Source: Clostridia bacterium (GTDB lineage Bacteria > Bacillota > Clostridia > Christensenellales > UBA1242). From it: DNA of 60,956 bases. The stretch spans positions 1 to 60,956 of the forward strand of contig JAGBFI010000039.1 in assembly GCA_017936585.1 (NCBI GenBank), written 5' to 3'. Below, piece after piece: positions 34,232-43,429 of this stretch. The notes beneath the pieces are model-generated. The model had not been told where the DNA came from, searched no databases, and was given only the letters and a program-made list of their open reading frames with translations. Position 1 is the stretch's first letter. Each line of letters opens with the position of its first letter. The translations under genes were made by a program, and so were the position numbers.

Positions 34232-36283
34232 TTATAACTTTTCAGCCACATCCCAAGCACGCCAAACAACTGTTCTTAAGCTGCCAACAGAAAGGGCGTC
34301 TCCAACAATATGAATGTTCTTTGATTCTTTACAAAGTGGAGCTGGGTTATATCCCACAGCCACAATCACATTGTCACACTTAATTCTCTTTGTTGTTCCA
34401 TCCTTAAGTTCCACTATTACAGTTTTGTTTGTGATTTCCTTGCACTTGCTTTCAAGATAAACAGGAACCTTGTTTGTTTTAAAGAAATCACGGAGATATG
34501 AAGTGTTCATAAGTGGAAGCTTTGGAGAAGCCATAATGTCATTCATACTTTCAATGATGATTGGATTTTTTCCTTTAAGGAAAAGGTCATATGCAATTTC
34601 ACAACCACTTTGTCCGCCACCAATCACAACAACATTTTCCCCAACCTCTTTGCCGTTCAAATAGTCCACTGCTTCTATTGATTTCTCAAAGCCCTTGATT
34701 GGAAGTTTCTTTGCAACTGCCCCTGTTGCAATGACAATTTCGTCAGCATCCAAACTCTTCACATCTGTGATTTCTGTGTTAAACTTAACTTCAATTCCAA
34801 GGTTTTTGATTTGTCTGCGATACCATTCAATAAGTTTCTTGTCCGCATCCTTAAAATCTGGCGCAGCCGCTGCAATAAAGACCCCGCCAAGTTTGTCTGC
34901 CTTCTCATAAATTGTGACTTTGTGACCACGAAGAGTTGCAACGCGAGCAACTTCCATTCCTCCAACGCCGCCGCCAACAACAGCTATTTTCTTTTGTTTC
35001 TTGGCAGGTTTGAGGTCGTGTTTTCCGCCATCCATTGTCATTGGGTTAAGTGCACAGCGAGACATATGTATTGAATCCGCCATCGCACAAGCATTTGCAA
35101 CACCTTTATAGTGTGACATGCAAAGGCACGCGTTGTGACAGTGAATGCAAGGTTGAATATCCTCACATCTGCCCTCCATCAGTTTTGTCACCCATTGATT
35201 GTCAACCAAGAACTGTCTTGCCACACCCATTCCGTCAATTTTTCCTGCTTTGATTGCTTTTGCAGCAGTTGCAGGATCCATTTTTCCAGCACACACAACA
35301 GGAATATCAACAAATTTTCTGATGTGAGAAACATCTTCCAAATTGCAGTTGTTTGGCATATATTGCGGTGGATGAGCCCAATACCAAGCGTCATATGTTC
35401 CATTGTCCGCGTTGAGCATGTCATAGCCAGCCTCTTGGAGATATTTTGCCGCTTTTTCACTTTCTTTCATGTCGCGGCCAACCTCAACAAATTTTTCTCC
35501 AGGCATTGCTCCTTCACAGAAGCCTTTTGTCTTGCTGACAACTGAATATCTCACAGAAACTGGATAATCCTCGCCGCACGCAGCTTTGATTGCTTTGACA
35601 ATATCAACAGCAAAGCGATAACGGTTTTCAAAACTTCCGCCATATTCATCCGTACGCTTGTTTGTGTATCCTGTTGTAAACTGGTCAATCAAATAACCTT
35701 CGTGAACGGCGTGAATTTCAACACCATCAACGCCAGCTTCTTTGCATTTTAATGCAGTTTTTGCATATGCTTCAACAATTTTGTTGATTTGTTTCTTTGT
35801 GATTTCTGGGCACATAACCCCTTCCGCCCAACGAGAAGGAAGTTTGCTTGGAGAAGCACAAAGATATTGAACATCAAAAATTGGCTTCACAATTTTTCCA
35901 AGAAATTTGTTTTTAAGCATTGGAACCAGCGCATTTGGAATTGAGAAACTTCTTCCAAACCCCGCTGTAAGCTGCACAAAAAGTTTTGCCCCAGTTTTGT
36001 GGAATTCTTCCATATATGGTTTCAATTTTTTGAAGGCCCCGTCTGCCTTGTAAAGCCATTGTCCACCCATCATGTTTTTCAGTGGAGCAATTCCAGTAAT
36101 CAAAAGGCCAGTGTTGTTTTTTGCAATTTGCATGAAAAAGTCTGCTGCATCTTCGTCAAAGTGATGCTTTTCCATCCATCCAAACAAAGATGTTCCACCC
36201 ATTGGACACAAAACAATTCTGTTTTTGATTTCCAATTTTCCGATTTTCCAAGGTGTGAAAAGCGGTTCAAATTTCTTATCCAT
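34232..36283 (-). CDS. OYE-type FMN oxidoreductase fused to an FAD/NAD(P)-binding domain (2,4-dienoyl-CoA / enoate reductase-like)
   Basis: The N-terminus KIGKLEIKNRIVLCPMGG is typical of Oxidored_FMN. A Cys cluster CIHCHNACLC...C sits in the middle, with the dinucleotide fold VVGGGVGGME. Start at MDKKFEP. Confidence 0.8.
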   Translation of the reverse strand: MDKKFEPLFTPWKIGKLEIKNRIVLCPMGGTSLFGWMEKHHFDEDAADFFMQIAKNNTGLLITGIAPLKNMMGGQWLYKADGAFKKLKPYMEEFHKTGAKLFVQLTAGFGRSFSIPNALVPMLKNKFLGKIVKPIFDVQYLCASPSKLPSRWAEGVMCPEITKKQINKIVEAYAKTALKCKEAGVDGVEIHAVHEGYLIDQFTTGYTNKRTDEYGGSFENRYRFAVDIVKAIKAACGEDYPVSVRYSVVSKTKGFCEGAMPGEKFVEVGRDMKESEKAAKYLQEAGYDMLNADNGTYDAWYWAHPPQYMPNNCNLEDVSHIRKFVDIPVVCAGKMDPATAAKAIKAGKIDGMGVARQFLVDNQWVTKLMEGRCEDIQPCIHCHNACLCMSHYKGVANACAMADSIHMSRCALNPMTMDGGKHDLKPAKKQKKIAVVGGGVGGMEVARVATLRGHKVTIYEKADKLGGVFIAAAAPDFKDADKKLIEWYRRQIKNLGIEVKFNTEITDVKSLDADEIVIATGAVAKKLPIKGFEKSIEAVDYLNGKEVGENVVVIGGGQSGCEIAYDLFLKGKNPIIIESMNDIMASPKLPLMNTSYLRDFFKTNKVPVYLESKCKEITNKTVIVELKDGTTKRIKCDNVIVAVGYNPAPLCKESKNIHIVGDALSVGSLRTVVWRAWDVAEKL

Positions 36284-36454
36284 ATTTCCTCCTAAGCACA
36301 TAATAAATTTTTATATAAATATTTTAAGTTTTCCACAAAAGAAATGTCAAGTAAGTTTCGACATTTGTTCTGAATTTTTGAGATATTTTTCTTTCAGTTT
36401 TCATCTATTGAAAAATTCTTTGAAACTTTAATATACTTTGTTTAATGTTTTATT

Positions 36455-36481
36455 TCAAAAAAAGAGAAAATCAGTTTTCTC
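36455..36481 (-). terminator. terminator of the HAD gene
   Basis: rc reads GAGAAAA-ctga-TTTTCTC followed by a T-run. It overlaps the stop codon. Confidence 0.6.
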
Positions 36482-37157
36482 AAAAGATTTCCTCTTTCAA
36501 ATCAAACAAATTGTCAGTGAAGACAACTTTGTTCCAAATTTTTGCATTGTCCACTTTTGTTTCGTCCGGATTGACGCAAAATGTCCTTGCACCAGATTGA
36601 TAAACCCATTCGTCATTCATGCTGTTTCCAACAAACAGCACTTCCTCAGGTTGAAAACCTTTTTTCTGACATAGCTCTTTGATGTAAATCGCTTTTCCAA
36701 TGTGGTCATATTCTGTTCCAACAATCTCAGAAAGGAGGTCGTCATTTTCGTCAAAAACAAACTCATTTGCTCTGATTTCGCAAAGATACTTTTTATTTTC
36801 GCCAAGCACTTTTTCAATAACAGAAACAATATTTCCGCTGACAATATGCATTTCAATTCCTTGAGAGTGAATGTATTTAATCAACTCTTCTGCCCCATTA
36901 ATCAACGTCATATTGTCAGTGATTTTATCCAAAATTTTCTTGTTGAAATTCTTTTCTTGAAAAGCCTCACAAGTGAGTTCGCACCACTGTCTGTGAGATA
37001 TCTGCCCATCAATAAACTTTTTATAAAGCGACACATAATATGAACCTTCTCCAATGTCATGTCCCAAAAATTTCCAAATTTTCTTCCACAAATTTCCATT
37101 CTTTTCAGTCAAAGTTCCGTCAAAATCAAAAATCACGGCTTTTGTTTTTCTTCTCAT
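36480..37157 (-). CDS. HAD-superfamily hydrolase (subfamily IB-like)
   Basis: 225 aa with motif I VIFDFDGTLT and a late GNSMNDE motif. Confidence 0.75.
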   Translation of the reverse strand: MRRKTKAVIFDFDGTLTEKNGNLWKKIWKFLGHDIGEGSYYVSLYKKFIDGQISHRQWCELTCEAFQEKNFNKKILDKITDNMTLINGAEELIKYIHSQGIEMHIVSGNIVSVIEKVLGENKKYLCEIRANEFVFDENDDLLSEIVGTEYDHIGKAIYIKELCQKKGFQPEEVLFVGNSMNDEWVYQSGARTFCVNPDETKVDNAKIWNKVVFTDNLFDLKEEIF

Positions 37158-37268
37158 CTTTTTTATTCCTTTATTTTCAGATTATATCACAACAAAAAAT
37201 TTTCTCAAAGAAATAACAAAAATCAAAAAAAAAAGAAAGATTTTATTTCCTTCCTTTTTTTCAAAATT

Positions 37269-38585
37269 TTAATTATCTTTTCTTCTGTAATCAACTTCAA
37301 TTACATTTTTGTCTTTTTGTTTTTTCGCGTCAGCTGCAAGCCATTTCTTTACAACCCATGTTGTGAGTGGTGTCACAAGCAACATAATAAGTTGTCCGAC
37401 AATCAAATAAACCGCAAACAAACTTGTGTACATAAATGTAAAAATTCCGATGATAAGTGGCATGACAATGTACATTGCCCAAGATTTCTTTTGAGGGTTT
37501 GTGCCTTGTTTCATAAGTTTGTTTGAAAGCCATGTTGACAAAAATGAAGTCAAAACAGCAATGATTGTGAGAATGTAATATCCGTTCACGCCAAGGGAAT
37601 CTGTGTCAATTCCGGCAACAACGTTATCAAAAATCTTTCCTTCATAGTCATTTTCTGTTTCTTCAGTTTTTTCTTCTTCAGTGTAGAAATTTCCAAGATA
37701 GCCTTTGATTTCATCTTTTGTGAAAAGTGGACTTGTTGGAGATTCTGCCTTATAAACATTTTTTATCCACAAGAAACCTTCTTGAGTGTCTGTGTAATAA
37801 TCTTTCGCTGTCCTTTCTGCGAATGCTTTGAAAACATCATTGAGTCCCGTGTCAGTCACAGCCAAACTTTGAATTTCTCCGCCCTCTTCGCCTTCTTCAG
37901 CAGCCTGCTCAACGAAGGTTGAAATTATGTTGTAAATTTCCTCATTTGAAAGCTCATCTTCGTATGCAACTGAATAGTCTTTTGTCTCTCCGCCTTCTTC
38001 TGAAACATAAATTGTCATGTTTTTATTTTCGAAGTCAATTTCTGCTTCAAGTGAATATGTTTTTCCAGACATCTCTGTTTTCAAATAGTTTTGCAATGCT
38101 GTTTTTCCTGTGTCTGTTGAATCAACCTCATTCAAATTGATAATGTTCACATACACTTCTTTCATGTTTTGATATTGTGAAGCAATATTGAAGTTTGACA
38201 CAGCTTGAAGGGAATTCCACAATGTCAAGAAGACTGTAAATTGCAATACCATCATAATCAACATTGGAAAACAACTTCCCATCACGTTGAATTGATATTT
38301 TTTGTACACTTCATTCACTTTTTGTTGATAAAGTGCTTGGTCATGACCATATTTTGCTTTGATTGCATCAAGTTCCGGCTGCATTTTTGCGGTGACTTGC
38401 CCACTTTTCATTGTCACTTTCTTGTTTACGATGTCAACAAGCGAAAACAAAACTCTGACTATAAGTGAAATCAAAATCACAGCAACAATGTAAGTTCCTG
38501 TTGCTCCCTTGAAAGCATTTAAGATGGATTCCCAAAAGCCGGTGGGTTGAGACAAACTGACAAGCGCAGTGCTTATAAAATCCAT
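37269..38585 (-). CDS. yidC: membrane protein insertase YidC with a ~190-aa acidic insertion
   Basis: TM1, then the coiled C1 loop (KMQPELDAIKAKYG...EVYKKY), then TM2 (CFPMLIMMVLQFTVF), then a long acidic segment, then the C-terminal TM bundle. Sits at the canonical yidD-rnpA-rpmH position. Confidence 0.85.
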   Translation of the reverse strand: MDFISTALVSLSQPTGFWESILNAFKGATGTYIVAVILISLIVRVLFSLVDIVNKKVTMKSGQVTAKMQPELDAIKAKYGHDQALYQQKVNEVYKKYQFNVMGSCFPMLIMMVLQFTVFLTLWNSLQAVSNFNIASQYQNMKEVYVNIINLNEVDSTDTGKTALQNYLKTEMSGKTYSLEAEIDFENKNMTIYVSEEGGETKDYSVAYEDELSNEEIYNIISTFVEQAAEEGEEGGEIQSLAVTDTGLNDVFKAFAERTAKDYYTDTQEGFLWIKNVYKAESPTSPLFTKDEIKGYLGNFYTEEEKTEETENDYEGKIFDNVVAGIDTDSLGVNGYYILTIIAVLTSFLSTWLSNKLMKQGTNPQKKSWAMYIVMPLIIGIFTFMYTSLFAVYLIVGQLIMLLVTPLTTWVVKKWLAADAKKQKDKNVIEVDYRRKDN

Positions 38586-38845
38586 AGATTATCTCCTTTA
38601 ATGTTTATTGGAACAGGGTCATACCCTCTTTTCTTCTGCCATGGAACACACCTGAACAATCTTTTTGTTCCTATCCAAAAACCTTTGAAAACACCAAATT
38701 CTTCAACAGCTTTAATCATATAATTCGAACACGATGGTTCAAAAATGCAACTGTGAGGAAGAAACGGTGAAATGCAATATTTGTAGACATAAACTGGAAA
38801 CAAAAAAATTTTCTTAATTATTTTTCTTTTTTTCATATTTTTCAA
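38573..38845 (-). CDS. yidD: membrane protein insertion efficiency factor YidD
   Basis: YKYCISPFLPHSCIFEPSCSNYMIKAVEEFG signature. Confidence 0.85.
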   Translation of the reverse strand: MKNMKKRKIIKKIFLFPVYVYKYCISPFLPHSCIFEPSCSNYMIKAVEEFGVFKGFWIGTKRLFRCVPWQKKRGYDPVPINIKGDNLWIL

Positions 38846-39143
38846 AAATTCTTTTAAGTTCGTTTTTCAGTTGTTGAAATTCCAAATTGACAGAATTTTC
38901 TTTTGCAAGCAAAACATAATTACAAAAAGAAGGAATGTTCAGATTTTTGACAATTTCACGCATCCTTCTTTTCAATTTGTTTCTTTTGTTTGCCTTTCCA
39001 AGTTTTTTGCTTATCGAAAAACCAATCTTATAACTTTGATATTTGCTCTTCACAACAAAAAGAGTGAAGTTTTCGGTGTGAACCCTTTCACCCTTCTTGT
39101 AGATATAGTTAAATTGATTGTTTTTTCTGAGTCTGTGGTCCAT
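38814..39143 (-). CDS. rnpA: ribonuclease P protein component
   Basis: 109 aa, basic, with LRKNNQFNYIYKKG near the N-terminus. Lies 8 nt downstream of rpmH. Confidence 0.88.
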   Translation of the reverse strand: MDHRLRKNNQFNYIYKKGERVHTENFTLFVVKSKYQSYKIGFSISKKLGKANKRNKLKRRMREIVKNLNIPSFCNYVLLAKENSVNLEFQQLKNELKRIFEKYEKKKNN

Positions 39144-39150
39144 AGGTCAC

Positions 39151-39285
39151 TCACGCAGCAATATTTTTTCTGCCTCTGTTTCTACGTCTTTTCAAAACGT
39201 TTCTTCCACCCTTAGTGCTCATTCTTTCACGGAAGCCATGAACCTTTTGTCTTTTTCTTTTCTTAGGTTGGTATGTTCTTTTCAT
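39151..39285 (-). CDS. rpmH: 50S ribosomal protein L34
   Basis: Not in the track because it is under 60 aa. Hand translation: [44 protein letters not shown]. Confidence 0.93.
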   Translation of the reverse strand: MKRTYQPKKRKRQKVHGFRERMSTKGGRNVLKRRRNRGRKNIAA

Positions 39286-39395
39286 TTTTTTCTCCTTGCT
39301 TTGTTTTTATTTTTAAACTGTTTTCTCAAGTTGTTTTTTCTGGTAAATCTTTTGCATCCATAACTTCCAGCAAAACATAAGAAAGTTTACGCTTT

Positions 39396-39424
39396 ATTAT
39401 AATTTATAAAAAAACTTTTGTCAA
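39396..39424 (-). promoter_or_regulatory. rpmH operon promoter
   Basis: rc reads TTGACA, 17 nt, TATAAT (perfect consensus). Confidence 0.7.
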
Positions 39425-39747
39425 CCACTAGGGCTTGCATTTTTTCAAAAATAATACAACTTTATGTCAAAAAATTTCTTTCATTCAACCTTTCAAAAAA
39501 AATATCCTCAAAAATTTAACTTTTCTCTTTTGAAAAGGAAGAAAAAATTGCTTAAAAAAACACCAACTTTTCATTGATGTTTTTCTGATTTCATAGGTTT
39601 TGTTTTCTTTTCACCATATTTTGATGTCAGTTCTAAAATTTATTCAAAACTCTTAACTATTTCACTCTGTGTTTTCTTTTAATTCTCATCAGAAGTCAAT
39701 TCGAAGAGATTTTAAAATAAAACAGCACACAGTTCCCACAAGGAACC

Positions 39748-40848
39748 TTAGCCAATCATGCGAACTGGCAAAATCAAATAGAGGAATTCATCTCCTTCTA
39801 CAGGAACAATCACACATGGGTTTGCTGGAGCGTTGAAGCAAATTTTGACAAATTCTTCACTGTTTGCTTTAAGGTCTTCAATGAAATATCTTGCATTGAA
39901 AGCAATCAAAAGTTCTTTTCCTGTCATGTTGACTGGAACGTTTTCTTTGACATTTCCGAGTTCTGAATTTGATGTGATGCAAAGATTTTTCTCTTTAACT
40001 TCAAACTTCACACAATTTCCTTGCCCAACTTTTGAAAGAAGAGAAGCTCTTTCAAGTGCATCGTCAAACTGTTCTTTGTTAATCACACAAACTGTTTCGT
40101 AGTTTGCTGCAATGATTTGTTTATAATTCACAAAATCACCTTCAAGAAGGCTTGTTGTGAGTTTTGTGTCTCCAAAATCAACCATCAGCATTGATTTGTC
40201 AACATAAACATTGATAACTTCATCACTGTCATCAAGAAGTCTTGAAATTTCATTCAAACTTCTGGCTGGAATGACAATATTTGTTTGAAGATTTGATGAA
40301 ATGTTTTTCTTCACTTTTGCAAGACGATATCCATCAAGCGCGATGGCATTGATTTCGTTTCTGTCAATGTCGAAAAGCACACCTTTGAGAATTGGTCTGC
40401 TGTCATCAACTGCAACAGAGAAAATTGTTTTTGCAATGAGAGTTTTGAGATCTTTCTTTGAAATTCCAAAATATTCCATACTTTCAAGTTTTTTGAAACT
40501 TGGATATTCCAAAACATTGTAGCATTGAATCACTGTTTGGCTGTCGTCATATTTGATGCTCATTTGATTTTTTTCGTTGAGTTCAAGTTCAACCATTTCG
40601 TTTGTGAGTTTTTTGATGAATTCTGTGATGAATTTCCCAGGAACAACAGCTTCGCCTTCAACTTTGATGTTTGCTTTGATTTTTTTCTCGATTGAAAGTT
40701 CTGTGTCTGTGGCACTCAAGGTGAGTGTGTCATCTTCAGCGACAATTTTGATTCCTTCCAAAATTGGGTTTGTGATTTTGTTTGATATTGCTTTGCTTAC
40801 ACTGAGGAAAGCTTCGGAAAGTTCAATTCCATGACATGATACGATCAT
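39748..40848 (-). CDS. dnaN: DNA polymerase III beta sliding clamp
   Basis: 366 aa from MIVSCHGIELSEAFLSVSKAISNK, with an AAAGGAGAAAC RBS. It has its own TTGGCT, 18 nt, TGtTATAAT promoter. The track ORF extends to 40893. Confidence 0.92.
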   Translation of the reverse strand: MIVSCHGIELSEAFLSVSKAISNKITNPILEGIKIVAEDDTLTLSATDTELSIEKKIKANIKVEGEAVVPGKFITEFIKKLTNEMVELELNEKNQMSIKYDDSQTVIQCYNVLEYPSFKKLESMEYFGISKKDLKTLIAKTIFSVAVDDSRPILKGVLFDIDRNEINAIALDGYRLAKVKKNISSNLQTNIVIPARSLNEISRLLDDSDEVINVYVDKSMLMVDFGDTKLTTSLLEGDFVNYKQIIAANYETVCVINKEQFDDALERASLLSKVGQGNCVKFEVKEKNLCITSNSELGNVKENVPVNMTGKELLIAFNARYFIEDLKANSEEFVKICFNAPANPCVIVPVEGDEFLYLILPVRMIG

Positions 40849-40954
40849 TTTTGCGTTTCTCCTTTTTACGTTTTTATTATAACACATCTGCATTTAATAA
40901 GCCAACAAAAATGACAAAAATTTTTATTATCTTTTTCGCGGCGCCACTCACTTT

Positions 40955-41165
40955 AGGTTATTTATTTTATAAATTTATTTGAGTAATAATTGTAATAATA
41001 AGGGGTTGTGGAAATGTGTATAACTTTTTCGAAAATCTCAAAAACCGCAATAAGTTGTAAGAAGAAAGAGATGAAAAACACCACATATAGTGTTTTTAAA
41101 ATGTGGATAAGTGCGTGGATAAAAGAGACAAATTTATCCACACAAGTGATTTTTGTTGTGGATAA
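40955..41165. other. candidate oriC core: AT-rich tract, TAA-trio run, GC cluster and DnaA-box cluster
   Basis: DnaA boxes are TGTGGATAA (41102-41110), cGTGGATAA (41114-41122), TTATCCACA (41134-41142) and TGTGGATAA (41157-41165). There is also TAATAATTGTAATAATAA-GGGG-t-TGTGGAAAT at 40984-41015, preceded by an AT-rich tract at 40955-40983. Confidence 0.7.
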
Positions 41166-41191
41166 GTTTGTTGAAAAATGAAAAAAAGGTC

Positions 41192-41220
41192 TTGAAAAAT
41201 GGAATATTGTGTGATATAAT
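41192..41220 (+). promoter_or_regulatory. promoter of the origin-embedded orphan gene
   Basis: TTGAAA, 17 nt, TATAAT (with an upstream TGtGa), 27 nt downstream of the last DnaA box. Confidence 0.6.
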
Positions 41221-41244
41221 CATCTTACTTTAAGGAGAGAAAAA

Positions 41245-41904
41245 ATGATAAATCAAAATTTTTTGTTTAGAGTTGAAGAAATTTTAAAAAGAAGCAAAAA
41301 TATCAAAAAAGATGAGGAATCAATTGTGAAATATTTGAAAGAAACAGGAGACTCTTCTTTGTTTTTGATTGAAAATGAAGTTGAAGAAAGTGAAAAGCTT
41401 TCATTGTTTAAAATTGCACTCAAATATGATTTAGAGGAAGTTCTTTGTGAAGCAGTGGACGTTTGTCCAAAATTGTTTATGAATTCAGAGAAAATGAGTA
41501 TTGTTTTGAAAAAGCCATATTTCAAACTTTTCAAAAAATTTTCTGAAAGACCAGAATATTTGGAGGTTGAAAGCGAAATTTTGGGTTGGAACTATCTTTT
41601 TTATCTTGCAGAAGGAATTACTCCAGAAAATGAAAATGAAGTGAAATATATCATCAAAAAAGTTTTTGAAAAACATCCAGAACAAAAAAATAAAAAAGAC
41701 AAAAGTGGAGACACAATTTTTGACGTTATGGAATATGCAGGAATTTCTGGAAATTTGGAAGGTTCGATAAAAACAAAAACAGAAATGGAAAAAATTCTTC
41801 AAAGAAGAAAAGCCATTATCAGATTGAAGAAATTGTCAGACAAAAGAAAAAAAGAACAACTTAAAAGAAAATATGTTGAAGGAAGCAAAAAAACAAGAAT
41901 TTAA
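41245..41904 (+). CDS. orphan K/E-rich protein encoded between dnaA and the DnaA-box cluster
   Basis: 219 aa with an AAGGAGAG RBS. Has possible ankyrin-like segments (KDKSGDTIFDVMEYAG) and a strongly basic C-terminal tail (RRKAIIRLKKLSDKRKKEQLKRKY). Confidence 0.55.
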   Translation: MINQNFLFRVEEILKRSKNIKKDEESIVKYLKETGDSSLFLIENEVEESEKLSLFKIALKYDLEEVLCEAVDVCPKLFMNSEKMSIVLKKPYFKLFKKFSERPEYLEVESEILGWNYLFYLAEGITPENENEVKYIIKKVFEKHPEQKNKKDKSGDTIFDVMEYAGISGNLEGSIKTKTEMEKILQRRKAIIRLKKLSDKRKKEQLKRKYVEGSKKTRI

Positions 41905-41923
41905 TAAAAATTAAGAAAAATTA

Positions 41924-41955
41924 TAAAAAAATAGGAAAAAAATCCTATTTTTTTG
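41924..41955. terminator. bidirectional terminator between the orphan gene and dnaA
   Basis: A-run, ATAGGA, aaaaaa, TCCTAT, T-run. Confidence 0.55.
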
Positions 41956-41971
41956 TTAATTTTTTTCAATT

Positions 41972-43321
41972 TTATTGTTTTGTCAGCATGTTTCTGATTT
42001 CATTCACAAGGGTTTGAGTTTTCTTGTTGTGTTTCAAATCCTCTGTGATTTTGTCTCTTGAATGCATGATTGTTGTGTGGTCACGGCCACCAAAAAGTTT
42101 TCCAATGTTGACAAGTGGAAGATTTAAAATTTCACTTATAAGATATATTGCAATCATTCTTGGTTCAACAATTTCTTTGTTTTTCTTTTTGCCTGTGATG
42201 TCTTGATAGGAAATGTTGAAATAATCGCATACAACAGAAATAACTTTGTCAGGTGTGAGGTCGTTTTTGATTTCTTCCATATGGTTTGAGAAAATGTCTG
42301 TTACTTCTTCCATTGTGGCAACTTTTTTGCCTGAAAGTGTTGCAAGGAAATAAACCTCACTGAGTTTTCCTTCTAATTCTCTGATGTTTGTGTCAATGTG
42401 TTCGGCGATATAGTTTATTACTTCATCTTCTGCATAATATTTTTCCAACTGGCTTTTTTTGTGCAAAATTGCGATTCTTGTTTCAATGTCAGGTTGTTGA
42501 ATGTCATGAATAAGCCCGCTTGCAAAACGAGAGCGAAGTCTGTCTTCCAAAGTTGGAATGTCTTTTGGTGGACGGTCGGAGCAGATTATGACTTGCTTAT
42601 TTGCCAAAATAAGTTCGTTGAATGTGTGGAAAAATTCTTCTTGAGTTTCTTTTTTGTTTGAAATAAATTGAATGTCATCAACCATCAAAACATCGAGGTT
42701 GCGATATTTCCCGCGAAATTCCATGATTGACTTGTTTTTTGTTGGGGAATAAAGAGAAGCAATATAGTCATTTGTGAATTTGTCACAAGGAACATATTGA
42801 ATTTTAAGTTCTGGCGAAAATTCTCTGATGTAATTTCCGATTGAGTGCAAAAGGTGAGTTTTTCCAAGTCCAACGCCACCATATATAAAGAGAGGATTAT
42901 ATCTTTTTCCAGGGTGTTCGGCAACAGTGCGAGCTGCGGCATAAACAAATTGATTGCTTTTTCCCACAACAAAGTTGTCAAAAGTGAATTTTTCAACAAA
43001 AGGATTTTTTTCGTCCTTTGCCGAAACGTTTTTCTCTTCAACGCGATTGTTTTTGAGATATTCAATCTCTTCATTCTGGTCAAGAACAACAATTTTGAGT
43101 GGTTTTCCAACAATTTCAAAACAACATTCACTGATTTTGTCAATAAAGTTTCTCAAAATTTGATTTTTTGCAGAAACCGAAGGGGTTGCAATGACAAGAT
43201 TGTCTTTGTCGTCAATCTCAATTGGTTTGATTGGTTTAATCCAAAGCAGAAAAGAAACTGATGACACTCTAAGTTCCAATTTTTCCAAAACTTGTTGCCA
43301 TATAACCATAATATCTTTCAT
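41972..43321 (-). CDS. dnaA: chromosomal replication initiator DnaA
   Basis: 449 aa with Walker A GGVGLGKTHL, a sensor region, and the C-terminal box-binding helix GGRDHTTIMHSRDKI. Confidence 0.95.
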   Translation of the reverse strand: MKDIMVIWQQVLEKLELRVSSVSFLLWIKPIKPIEIDDKDNLVIATPSVSAKNQILRNFIDKISECCFEIVGKPLKIVVLDQNEEIEYLKNNRVEEKNVSAKDEKNPFVEKFTFDNFVVGKSNQFVYAAARTVAEHPGKRYNPLFIYGGVGLGKTHLLHSIGNYIREFSPELKIQYVPCDKFTNDYIASLYSPTKNKSIMEFRGKYRNLDVLMVDDIQFISNKKETQEEFFHTFNELILANKQVIICSDRPPKDIPTLEDRLRSRFASGLIHDIQQPDIETRIAILHKKSQLEKYYAEDEVINYIAEHIDTNIRELEGKLSEVYFLATLSGKKVATMEEVTDIFSNHMEEIKNDLTPDKVISVVCDYFNISYQDITGKKKNKEIVEPRMIAIYLISEILNLPLVNIGKLFGGRDHTTIMHSRDKITEDLKHNKKTQTLVNEIRNMLTKQ

Positions 43322-43366
43322 TTTTATCTCCTGTTTAGTCCTTAAAACTGTATATTTATCTAAAAA

Positions 43367-43429
43367 ATTTTAAACTATAAAAAATAAATTGTCAAGGAAT
43401 TTTGAAATAATTAAACTTTGTGGTAAACT
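43367..43429. promoter_or_regulatory. back-to-back dnaA and recF promoters
   Basis: For dnaA the rc reads TTGACA (43390-43395), 17 nt, TAAAAT (43367-43372). For recF: TTGAAA (43402-43407), 16 nt, TGgTAAACT (to 43429), only 7 nt before the ATG. No DnaA box with fewer than 2 mismatches in this 115-bp region. Confidence 0.5.

Noticed and set aside
13370-36392. The recurrent AT-rich word TGAATTTTTGA(T/G)A(A/T)TTTT in several intergenic regions (about 13370, 13885, 31187 and 36372) as a dispersed repeat element.
   Set aside because: Apart from the pair flanking zupT, the matches are under 20 nt and made of T and A runs expected by chance in this composition. A statistical test would be needed before calling an element.
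39425-39747. The 320-bp silent spacer between the dnaN stop and the rpmH promoter as a second DnaA-box cluster or an ncRNA gene.
   Set aside because: By eye there is no DnaA box with fewer than 2 mismatches and no convincing stable helix or conserved RNA motif. It is retained only as context in the origin finding.
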